A stretch of DNA of 32,000 nt from positions 210,001 through 242,000 of the forward strand of contig CP145872.1 of NCBI GenBank assembly GCA_041941795.1, in the 5' to 3' direction. A program made the position numbers and the translations under genes. Origin of the DNA: Candidatus Saccharimonadota bacterium. GTDB taxonomy: Bacteria > Pseudomonadota > Gammaproteobacteria > Enterobacterales > Enterobacteriaceae. Position 1 is the stretch's first letter. Every line of letters begins with the position of its first letter. The notes under the pieces are model-generated. The model worked only from the letters and a program-made list of their open reading frames with translations, had not been told where the DNA came from and ran no database searches. This document shows positions 23,979 to 32,000 of the stretch, piece after piece.

Positions 23979-24081
23979 AAAACATATATCCTTCATTAAG
24001 ATACAGTAGTGAAATTAAAAAATATAATTTATAATAAATTTATAATTCAAAGTTTCTAATCTAGAAAATTTAATTTTTCGT

Positions 24082-25032
24082 TTATGTTAATTGCTGTTTC
24101 ACAAATTCTTCCCCCATCTTAATATCTTCTTCTAAGAAAGGAACAATTCTTTTTATCTCTGTTTTTTCAAAAGAACTTAAAGGTTCTAAATTTTTCAATT
24201 GAGATACTCCTTCTTGATCTAAGACAAAAGGCTGAGAAAAAAATTTTGCATATTTTCCATTTCCTTCTATATACGCACACTCTACAATATTCTTATCTCC
24301 ATTTAAAACCCTGAATAAAGAGATTATAAATTGGGCAGCGGCAGATGCCATTGACAATGATGCGGATCCCTGTCCATCTTTTGCATTAACTACTTCGGTT
24401 CCAGCATTTCGCAGTTTATTAGTTAAACTAATAACTTCTGCTTCGGTAAAACTCACTCCTGAAATTTTTGATAACAAAGGTAAAATAGTAACGCTAGAAT
24501 GTCCACCTATTACTGTGACATGTAAATTATTACAGGAAATTGCTTTGTATTCGGAGATAAAATACAGTGATCTAAGGAAATCTAAGGTAGTAATACCAAA
24601 TATCTTTTTTTTATTATAATAACCATATTTTTTTAATACTTCAGCTAGAATACAAACAGTGGTATTTAAGGGATTAGTTATTACTGCTATCATCGCTTCG
24701 GGACAAATTTTAGCTATTTGTTGACTAAAATTATAAATTAGTGCCGCATTGATTGTGAATAAATCCGATCTATTCATGCCGGGTTTACGTGTTACTCCCG
24801 CAGTGATGACTACTATATCTGCACCATATAATGTGTTTATAATATCTCGGCTACTCTGTACCTTGACATTCGTAGGAATATGACTCAAGTCTAGTCCTAC
24901 TCCTAATATTATTGGGTTTATATCATAAAGAAACAATTCAACCTCTTTTTTGACACTAGATAGTTCTCTCTTCAAGATAAGAGAAAGACCTTGACCAATA
25001 TTCCCGGCAGCTCCCAGAATGGAAATTTTCAT
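24082..25032 (-). CDS. mdh: Malate dehydrogenase
   Basis: 316 aa. MK...[50 protein letters not shown], and NAGTEVV.AK.G.GSA.LSM match E. coli Mdh. Confidence 0.93.
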   Translation of the reverse strand: MKISILGAAGNIGQGLSLILKRELSSVKKEVELFLYDINPIILGVGLDLSHIPTNVKVQSSRDIINTLYGADIVVITAGVTRKPGMNRSDLFTINAALIYNFSQQIAKICPEAMIAVITNPLNTTVCILAEVLKKYGYYNKKKIFGITTLDFLRSLYFISEYKAISCNNLHVTVIGGHSSVTILPLLSKISGVSFTEAEVISLTNKLRNAGTEVVNAKDGQGSASLSMASAAAQFIISLFRVLNGDKNIVECAYIEGNGKYAKFFSQPFVLDQEGVSQLKNLEPLSSFEKTEIKRIVPFLEEDIKMGEEFVKQQLT

Positions 25033-25069
25033 CTTCTAATTTCTCTTCTATACGTTTATTATATGGATT

Positions 25070-25933
25070 TTAACAGTCAAAAGCTTTACGTAATTTTTTC
25101 ATAGCATTTTGTTCAAGTTGACGAACCCTTTCAGCTGATACTCCATATTCTTCCGCTAAATCTTGTAATGTTTTTTTAGCATCATTATCTCTTAGCCATC
25201 GGCAACGGATAATATGTTGGCTCCGATAATCTAAATTGACCATTGCATCATATAGCTTTCGACATGCATGATTATCCCAATTATTTTGTTCAATGATCTC
25301 TGCAAAATCAGAAGTTTTATCTTCTAAATATAGAATGGGCGCCATGACTGTTTTTTTATCGGCCGTATTTTCCTCTGCACCTAGATCTAAAGTCATATCC
25401 TGAGCGGCCATCCGTGATTCCATTTCACGTACTTCCTTACTCGATACTCCTAATTCCCGGGCGACTATATCTACTTCAGTTTTATTAAACCAACCTAGAC
25501 GTTGTTTAGTTTTACGTAAGTTAAAAAATAATTTCCTTTGTGCTTTCGTAGTGGCTACTTTCACCATTCGCCAATTACGTAATACATATTCATGTATTTC
25601 AGCTTTAATCCAATGGACCGCAAAAGAAACCAGCCGGACTCCCACCTCAGGATTAAATCGTTGTACCGCTTTCATTAAACCAATATTGCCTTCCTGAATA
25701 AGATCAGACTGCGATAGACCATAACCAGAGTAATTTCTGGCTATATGCACTACAAAACGCAAGTGAGATAAAATTAAAGTTTTAGCAGAATTCAAATCAC
25801 CTTGATAATACAATTTTTTTGCTAAGTTTTTTTCCTCTTCGGCGGATAACATTGGCCAAGAATTTGCAATTCGGATATAAGAGTCTAAATTTCCTAATGG
25901 GGCAACGGCTAAAAGTTTCATTTCTTTAATCAT
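25070..25933 (-). CDS. rpoH: RNA polymerase sigma-32 factor
   Basis: 287 aa with very long identical runs to E. coli RpoH: [39 protein letters not shown], the RpoH box [18 protein letters not shown], and [19 protein letters not shown]. Preceded by GGGGGAG 4 nt upstream of the ATG. Confidence 0.95.
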   Translation of the reverse strand: MIKEMKLLAVAPLGNLDSYIRIANSWPMLSAEEEKNLAKKLYYQGDLNSAKTLILSHLRFVVHIARNYSGYGLSQSDLIQEGNIGLMKAVQRFNPEVGVRLVSFAVHWIKAEIHEYVLRNWRMVKVATTKAQRKLFFNLRKTKQRLGWFNKTEVDIVARELGVSSKEVREMESRMAAQDMTLDLGAEENTADKKTVMAPILYLEDKTSDFAEIIEQNNWDNHACRKLYDAMVNLDYRSQHIIRCRWLRDNDAKKTLQDLAEEYGVSAERVRQLEQNAMKKLRKAFDC

Positions 25934-26238
25934 TTCTCCCCCTTAGTAGTGCTGAATTTTATTCTACCTTTTTATGCATTAATCATTAGCAGACTCTATT
26001 AATAATAGCAATATTGATGAATATTATGAACTTATATCTTCCTATTTTTATCTAAACGAGACATATCATTCAATAATTTTATTTGTCTTCTCCTAAGAGG
26101 ATAAGAAGATTAACATATTATTTAAAATTATTTTCCACAAATTTTCCGTTAATAATTTTCTATCTAGTAATACTCGTTACTCCAAGGAACAGTAAATTTT
26201 TATTTTGTAAAAAAATAGTCCTACTCTATTAATTAGTA

Positions 26239-26400
26239 TTATCTATAGATAATGGCATAAATTTTAAGAATACAAAAGATATGATTTGTTGAAAATTTAT
26301 TATTAGATATATCCCCGGAGAATATCTAAATACTTTAGCATTCTTTCTAAGAAGATATTTTAATAGTAGAAAAATTTTTCACGTTGACTGCTCCTTCTCC
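26239..26400 (-). pseudogene. ftsE: Candidate ftsE relic (Walker-A to FSGxDI segment) with three in-frame stops
   Basis: A single reverse frame reads GEGAVNVKNFSTIKISS*KEC*SI*IFSGDISNNKF. E. coli FtsE has GHSGAGKSTLLKLICGIERPSAGKIWFSGHDITRLKN. The Walker-A Lys to FSG spacing is 19 codons here versus 18. The relic lies between rpoH and rsmD, exactly where ftsYEX sits in E. coli. Confidence 0.45.
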
Positions 26401-26514
26401 TTATTTTTCAAACAAAAAGTTGTCTATATTGTATGATAATATTGACTTATCTCAAACCTAAAAATTAGGAATCATTTTGGCAGATAACTAGTAGTGAAAA
26501 AGGATTAATAATCA

Positions 26515-27093
26515 ATGACACGTTCAGTAAGAAAAATTAGAATTATTGGAGGATTTTTGGGAGGTAGAAAATTAATCCTTCCTACTAATCCTTTATTACG
26601 TCCGACTCCTAATAAAGTACGTGAAACCGTTTTTAACTGGATAACACATGCCTTTAATTTTCAAAAGGCAGATTGTCTTGACTGTTATGCTGGAAGTGGT
26701 GCTCTCGCTATTGAGGCGTTATCACGTAATGCTAACACAGTCACTTTACTAGAACTACATAAATCTTCAGTAAGACAAATAAAAACAAATTGCCGAACAC
26801 TTGGAATATCTTTACGTACTACTAAAATAAGAGTTATTCATACTAATACATTAAGTTGGTTATCTCAAAACGGCACATCATTTAATATAGTTTTTATAGA
26901 TCCTCCCTTTCAGAGTCTATTAGTAGAGATAACTATTAAACTACTAGAAGAATATAAAAGACTAACAAATGGAGCCTTTATTTATATCGAAACTTCTATT
27001 TATCACCCAGTCTTAAAGTGCCCTTCTAATTGGTTACTGTATAGACAAGCATTTACTGGTCAAGTATCTTATAGTTTATATTATCGTCGTTAA
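26515..27093 (+). CDS. rsmD: 16S rRNA (guanine966-N2)-methyltransferase
   Basis: 192 aa. IRIIGG...GRKL..P....LRPT...VRET.FNW, LD.(Y/F)AGSGAL..EALSR, and the DPPF motif match E. coli RsmD (YhhF). Confidence 0.88.
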   Translation: MTRSVRKIRIIGGFLGGRKLILPTNPLLRPTPNKVRETVFNWITHAFNFQKADCLDCYAGSGALAIEALSRNANTVTLLELHKSSVRQIKTNCRTLGISLRTTKIRVIHTNTLSWLSQNGTSFNIVFIDPPFQSLLVEITIKLLEEYKRLTNGAFIYIETSIYHPVLKCPSNWLLYRQAFTGQVSYSLYYRR

Positions 27094-27103
27094 TTTAGAT
27101 TGA

Positions 27104-27421
27104 TTACTTTTTTATAGGTAAAAAAGGTATAATAGTCACATTATCACCTCTATGATGAATACGTTTACTGTTATTTTCGGGAACCATATCAATGCGAATA
27201 ACTGCCTGTACCGGTATATAACTACGAGTAACATTAGTAAACTCACTTTTTATTTTTTCTGCTCCCGGATCTACTAAGACCGACGATGGTGTAGTAAATA
27301 CAAAATCGCCTATTTCTATAAATCCAAATAAACTACTATTGGCTAGTTCACGTACATAGAGCTGATAATTTTTACTATTATTCATAAACTGTATGCGATA
27401 CACTACTTGTTCACTAGTCAT
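27104..27421 (-). CDS. Conserved hypothetical protein, about 105 aa, possibly DUF1820-like (assignment from memory only)
   Basis: Intact 105-aa ORF with non-random, protein-like composition (VYRIQF.N..K.Y.LY.......LFGFIEI.DFVF......LVDPG.EK.K.EF..V.R.YIP..AVIRID.V). It resembles my recollection of small gammaproteobacterial DUF1820 proteins. No E. coli counterpart recalled. Confidence 0.6.
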   Translation of the reverse strand: MTSEQVVYRIQFMNNSKNYQLYVRELANSSLFGFIEIGDFVFTTPSSVLVDPGAEKIKSEFTNVTRSYIPVQAVIRIDMVPENNSKRIHHRGDNVTIIPFLPIKK

Positions 27422-27817
27422 GGAATCTCTCTATATTAAAATGTTTTTTTTAAAATCTAAAAATAGAATCTAACTATCTATCCGATATTAGATATCTTTT
27501 TTATCTAAAAAATTCGTTATCTAGTAAGAATAAATATTTCTACTCTCCTGATGTAGAGTAGTACATAATTATGCGACATTTTTGGATATTTTGGATACTA
27601 TATCTCATTCTTTATCCTGTTTTTTTTATCTAAAATCAGTAAGTATCTTCCTCCTTAGTCTTTAAGACTAAAGTTTTATCTTTTTCTTCAAAAAGAAGAT
27701 AATATTTATTTTTGTCATTATAATTATTCCTTTAGTTCTTATCTTACGGTAAGAGTTAAGAGACACTAGTACTTACGCTAGCTAGTAGCAATGAGTGTAC
27801 CTATCCTTCTTTTAGGA

Positions 27818-28163
27818 TCATCTTATAAAAACATTCTCAAAATTATAATTTTTTCATATAATAAAAGTGTAATTCTTTCTAGTTAAGAAAAGAATCCATA
27901 CTGATAATAGCAGAAATTTATATAAATTATTCTAGTCTATTATCGATTAAGTTTTACTTCACTATCTATTACATTCCTTCCTCTTTTAATTCTCCTGCTC
28001 TTTTTTTCTTATTTTAAATAAAAATATTTAAGAAATTTTCTTGCATTTTAAGATTAAATGAAAATTATGGATCATATCTCTCTTCTAATCTAGAAATAAT
28101 CGCACACTAATTTTAGTTGAGAAATTAGATTACTTTATGAAAATGATAGTCACTGAAATGTGA
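27818..28163 (+). pseudogene. uspA: Candidate uspA relic (universal stress protein A), frameshifted with stops
   Basis: + strand pieces in order. SYKNILKIIIFSYNKSVILSS* aligns with UspA [36 protein letters not shown] aligns with [29 protein letters not shown] aligns with VDMLIVPLRDEEE*. Orientation is convergent with the rsmJ relic, as in E. coli uspA/(dtpB)/rsmJ/prlC. Confidence 0.5.
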
Positions 28164-28212
28164 TTAGGAACGTATTTATTTTTTCCGATAATCAAAAATC
28201 ATATGAATAATA

Positions 28213-28622
28213 TTATAATTTAACGATAATTATGTTTTTTTATAAATTTTTAATAATTTTTGATCATCCATCTATAACTAGAATAACATTCATTTATTCA
28301 ACACATTATTTTACTCCATATCTATTTTTGTTATGGGAGGATAGCTGGGAGTTCCTTAACCTACTATTATTTTATAGGAAATAATTAATAAAGATTTTAC
28401 GAACATCGATATTATTGATCCTATTTATCAAGATAAATAAGAAAGAATTTTTCTTGATCATTGTATTAGTTATTATCATCTATAATGAAAACTATCTTTT
28501 TCTACCTTAATCTGTAATTTACTTATGTATCGTTATTCTAGGTGATAAGATTTTATTCCCGAGATACTTATTAGTACCAAAATTAGCAATTAAGATCAAA
28601 AACTTTGATCTATATGATCTAA
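28213..28622 (-). pseudogene. rsmJ: Candidate rsmJ (yhiQ) relic downstream of prlC
   Basis: Reverse-strand pieces in order. FLILIANFGTNKYLGNKILSPRITIHK* aligns with RsmJ LSVLAARWGL......LVLTPEHLELRK. RKIFIN aligns with RDAFVL. VILVIDG* aligns with QVVYLDP. SKIIKNL aligns with SALVKKEM. KNIIIVKL* aligns with KRVVVKR. rsmJ follows prlC in E. coli. Confidence 0.5.
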
Positions 28623-28702
28623 TAAAAAGATAAATTTAGGTTCTGAATTTTTAAAAAAAAATAAATTTTAATCTTATAACTTATTACTACCTAATTGGCT
28701 AA

Positions 28703-30751
28703 TTAAATATTGTAATGACTTAAAAGGGCATCAATTTTTGGTGGTCTTCCTAAAAAACGTTTAAACAATATCATGATGTCTTCTGAACCTCCCGAGCTAA
28801 GAATATTTTCCAAAAAATCTTTTCCAGTCTCTCTATTAAAAATTCCCTCTTTTTTAAATCTTGAATAAGCATCCGCTGCTAACACTTTAGACCATAAATA
28901 ACTATAATAACTAGATTCATAACCGTCTGAAAAAATATGACTAAAAGCATGCTCCATTCGATACCATTTCGGATGCATTATAACACTTACCTGTTGTTGT
29001 ACTCCTTTTATTATATCCAATATTTGTTGACGAACATTTTGGTTATATTTTACTTTCGTATGTAGAACAAAATCTATTAAACTGAATTCCAATTGTCGTA
29101 AAAGAAATAAGGATGCTTGATAATTCTTAGCCAATACTAAATTATCTATTACTGTTTTGGGAAGTGGATATCCAGTTTGATAGTGCTCCGATATTAAACT
29201 TAATACTTGTGGTTCCCAACACCAATTTTCCAGAAATTGACTAGGAAATTCTACTGCATCTAAGGGTACACCATTGATACCAGAGACTCCTAAAATGTCT
29301 ACTTTCGTCAAAATGAGATGTAGTACATGACCAAATTCATGAAATAATGTAATAACATCTTCATGAGTGAGTAAGGCAGAAACGGTGGAATTTACTGCAG
29401 GTCGAAAGTTAGTGATTAAATAAGCAACTGGTTTTTGTATTTTTCCATTTCCTCTTTTCATTCTATTTACAGCTACATTCATCCAAGCACCATTCTTTTT
29501 ATTATCTCTCGAAAAAAGATCCAGATAAAAACTGCCACAAAGTTCTAAATTATCTCCAAAAATATCAAAACATCGTACATCCGGATGCCAAAGATTAAGA
29601 TTATAACGTTCTTTAGTAGTAATTCCAAAAATTCTCCTCACTACTTCAAACATTCCATATAAAACTTTTTCGACAGGAAAAAAGGGACGAATATTTTCCT
29701 CACTAATGCCATACAGATATTGTTTTTGTTTTTCACTATAATAAGCAATATCCCAAGGTTGTAATTCCTGAACATTATAATGATTTTTTATGAATTCTTT
29801 TAAAGAAAATAATTCCTTTTCTCCTTTAGCTTTGATACGTTTAACTAGTGAATTTAAGAATTTAATGACTGCTTGGGAATTGGGTGCCATATGAGATACC
29901 AGAGTTTTATCAGAATAGCTAGCAAATCCTAATAATTGTGCTAGTTCATCGCGTAGCATTAATTCTTCTTCAATAATTTTACTATTATCCCATTTTCCCC
30001 TATTTGGGCCTGTATCAGAAGCTCGCGTATTGTAAGCCCAATATATTTCTTCACGTAGGTTTCTATTCTTACATCTAGTAATAACTGATTTATACGTAGG
30101 TAAATCAAGAGTTACTAACCACCCGTGCAAATTTTTTTTATTAGCATTTTCTTGGATCAAGGATAATAATTTTTCCGACATTCCCTCTAGTTCAGTTTTA
30201 TTAGTAATTAATTTTTGCCATGCCTGGGATGCATCCAGAACATTATTGCTGTATTGTAAGCTTAAATCTGAAAGACGGGATACTATTTCCTTATATCGTT
30301 TTTTTTGATTTTGAGGTAATTCAATACCTGATAATTTAAAATCTCGTAAGGTATTATCTATAGTTTTCTTTTTTTCAATAGAAAGATCTTGATAGTAATT
30401 ATGGTTATGTTTAATATTTAAGCACGCATTATAAAGTTCTTTATGTTGTCCTAACCAGGTGTCATAGTCAGCAAGTAAGGATTGGCAGATTTCGACCATT
30501 TTTCTTAATTCCATAGTATTGTTAACTGCATTTAAATGTTGCAGTGGGTTCACAATACAATTTAAATCTGAAGATAAATCTTCTAAGGGAGAACATAAAT
30601 TTTTCCAAGTATAAGAATCATTTTGTTCCAGAATTTGCTTTATTCTTTTACGGCAATAACATAAAAAAATATTAACAGCAGATAGAATCTTTTCATTATT
30701 AATTAATGAAAATTGAGGAATAAGAAACGATTCTAACAGTGGATTACTCAT
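28703..30751 (-). CDS. prlC: Oligopeptidase A (M3 family zinc metallopeptidase)
   Basis: 682 aa (E. coli 680 aa). HEFGH zinc motif (LFHEFGHVLH), downstream GVPLDAVEFPSQF.ENW, and overall M3 architecture. Confidence 0.93.
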   Translation of the reverse strand: MSNPLLESFLIPQFSLINNEKILSAVNIFLCYCRKRIKQILEQNDSYTWKNLCSPLEDLSSDLNCIVNPLQHLNAVNNTMELRKMVEICQSLLADYDTWLGQHKELYNACLNIKHNHNYYQDLSIEKKKTIDNTLRDFKLSGIELPQNQKKRYKEIVSRLSDLSLQYSNNVLDASQAWQKLITNKTELEGMSEKLLSLIQENANKKNLHGWLVTLDLPTYKSVITRCKNRNLREEIYWAYNTRASDTGPNRGKWDNSKIIEEELMLRDELAQLLGFASYSDKTLVSHMAPNSQAVIKFLNSLVKRIKAKGEKELFSLKEFIKNHYNVQELQPWDIAYYSEKQKQYLYGISEENIRPFFPVEKVLYGMFEVVRRIFGITTKERYNLNLWHPDVRCFDIFGDNLELCGSFYLDLFSRDNKKNGAWMNVAVNRMKRGNGKIQKPVAYLITNFRPAVNSTVSALLTHEDVITLFHEFGHVLHLILTKVDILGVSGINGVPLDAVEFPSQFLENWCWEPQVLSLISEHYQTGYPLPKTVIDNLVLAKNYQASLFLLRQLEFSLIDFVLHTKVKYNQNVRQQILDIIKGVQQQVSVIMHPKWYRMEHAFSHIFSDGYESSYYSYLWSKVLAADAYSRFKKEGIFNRETGKDFLENILSSGGSEDIMILFKRFLGRPPKIDALLSHYNI

Positions 30752-30877
30752 TGATAACTCCTCTTATAAATTGTAGAATATAACCCAGATTGGATTACTT
30801 TTTTATTTAATTAACTTAGAATGGATGATTTTTGATAAAATTTATTATTTTAATTTCAATATAAAATAGGATGAACG

Positions 30878-31117
30878 ATGAAAAAAATTATTTACTGTCA
30901 GTATCTTCAAAAAAAATCAGAAGGACTAGATTCGAATCCTTATCCTGGGACCTTAGGAAATCTAATCTATAATAATTTTTCTAAAGAAGCTTGGTTACAA
31001 TGGTTAACCATCCAAACTAGAATTATAAATGAAAACAAACTGAATATGTTAAAAGATGAAGATCGAAAATTTATCAAAAAAAGAATGCTGAATTTTTTTT
31101 TTATAGAACTCATGTAA
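30878..31117 (+). CDS. yggX: Fe(2+)-trafficking protein YggX
   Basis: 79 aa. I.C..L.K..EG.D...YPG.LG..IYN..SKEAW.QW...QT..INE.KLNM matches E. coli YggX. The C-terminus is about 12 aa shorter and ends just after a T10 tract. Confidence 0.85.
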   Translation: MKKIIYCQYLQKKSEGLDSNPYPGTLGNLIYNNFSKEAWLQWLTIQTRIINENKLNMLKDEDRKFIKKRMLNFFFIELM

Positions 31118-31310
31118 GCTTTACTCCTCTAATTTTAATTTACTCGTTATTCATTTCACTCTTCTTTCAATCCGGTTGAGGAGTAATGATAATGATTCAT
31201 ATTCTACCCTAGAGAAAGAAATACTAAAATATTTAAAAATTATTAAGATTAAAACTTAATTTTTGATCTTTTAGTCTGGTTTTGAAAAAAACAAGCAAAA
31301 AGAACACTAC

Positions 31311-32000
31311 TTACACTAAAATCGCGTTTCCAAAATTTATATCCAGAAGATTGAGGTAAAGCGGAATGAGAAATTTGTACTGATTCGAATCGTGGTGATA
31401 ATAACCGGGCGAGCTATAATACTACTCTTTTTGATGTCAAGTACGTAATACCCGCGAGGACATAGAAGCGATAGCCGCATCAATAATTTTTTTCCCCATC
31501 AGATAAGAATTATTCCGTAAAGTTGGCACACATTGTTTATTAGCTACTTAGGTTATAATCATATAATCCGAATGCTCACTTAAGTATTTATTACCTGCTT
31601 GTTGAAGAGTTATATCAATAAAATCTTAAGGAAAGAGGATCCCCGACATCCCAAGTCTTATCAAGAACAATCATATTAGATCCGCAATATCTTGTACTTG
31701 CATAGTTATAGATCCCTGCTTTGAGATAAATGCTCTTGGGGTAGGATTGGTAATTTTATCACTAATTTCATTCTCTCTCAACCAATCTAACTGCATCTTA
31801 TTAAGAATCTTGGGACCACATTTCTGTGTAGTTTCATAGGCATGCCACTAATTAAAATATTATCTACTCGAATTACAAATGATAAAATTGGATGTGATGT
31901 TGCTGCAATTCCAGAAGGATACAGCGTCATAAAATCAATTCCTTCTTCTAATTCAATTAGCACCTACTACTGTAATGCCAAATGAGTTAATGTTCTCGCC
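31311..32000 (-). pseudogene. speC: Ornithine decarboxylase (speC-like, fold-I Orn/Lys/Arg decarboxylase) pseudogene, C-terminal third. It continues beyond the 3' edge of the window.
   Basis: No ORF of 60 aa or more, but reverse-strand fragments are colinear with the E. coli SpeC C-terminus. SFVIRVDNILISG aligns with YFVDPCKLLLTTPG. YETTQKCGPKILNKMQLDWLRENEISDK aligns with AETGEYSDFGVPATILAHYLRENGIVPEK. ITLQQAGNKY aligns with YTLRQLCQEM. SSRVL aligns with PPGVL. SSPGYYHHDSNQY aligns with LLPGFSPELQGVY, then a stop about 20 codons later. There are multiple frameshifts and stops. Position after yggX fits the E. coli order yggX-mltC-nupG-speC. Confidence 0.55.

Noticed and set aside
28592-28610. 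Perfect short A/T-rich inverted repeats: 2373-2392 (8 bp), 4168-4186 (8 bp), 27655-27671 (17-bp palindrome), 28592-28610 (8 bp), and 31121-31129 with 31178-31186 (9 bp arms, 48-nt spacer).
   Set aside because: None is followed by a proper U-tract or associated with a recognisable operator. Stems of this length are frequent by chance in AT-rich DNA of about 30% GC. I note them but do not call them as features.
31378-31395. gattcgaatc, resembling a tRNA T-loop (GTTCGAATC).
   Set aside because: There is no flanking 5-bp T-stem, acceptor stem or anticodon arm on either strand. The segment falls inside the speC relic, where it encodes ..HDSNQY... No other tRNA-like GGTTCGA or TCGAACC cores occur in any spacer.
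31950-32000. The reverse-strand peptide GENINSFGITVVGAN* at the window edge resembles the FGFTVDNVV C-terminus of transketolase or Dxs.
   Set aside because: It is too short. The spacing to the stop and the downstream context do not fit. The same region is better explained as part of the colinear speC-like pseudogene.

Overview
This is an AT-rich window (roughly 30% GC by eye) of Enterobacterales-type housekeeping genes. The blocks are each colinear with E. coli K-12 (protein sequences and gene order recalled from memory), but many intervening genes are missing. That pattern fits a reduced, host-restricted, endosymbiont-like gammaproteobacterial chromosome; this is an inference and I cannot name the organism.

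I call 29 intact CDS:
- nuoC' (partial), nuoB, nuoA
- an unrecognised 315-aa membrane protein
- ubiX, folC, truA, aspC, yfhL, acpS
- era, rnc, lepB, lepA
- ligA (truncated), ybjL, ybjG
- obgE, rpmA, rplU, murA
- rpsI, rplM, mdh, rpoH, rsmD
- a small conserved hypothetical
- prlC, yggX

I saw no rRNA, tRNA, IS element, prophage, CRISPR array, or defence, secretion or toxin cluster. I found no convincing novel multi-gene system.

The main result is that the unusually long intergenic spacers (0.3-1.3 kb) are not empty. Read in the strand and order predicted by E. coli synteny, they contain short, stop-riddled relics of ftsE, zipA, the ligA BRCT domain, ibaG, sspA, uspA, rsmJ and speC. One spacer holds a partial second copy of the truA 3' end, associated with an 18-bp perfect direct repeat that flanks truA.

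All relic calls rest on short by-eye alignments to remembered sequences plus synteny, so they need blastx or HMM confirmation. The retained orphan membrane protein with its own RBS and a strong bidirectional terminator is the only candidate for unknown function.
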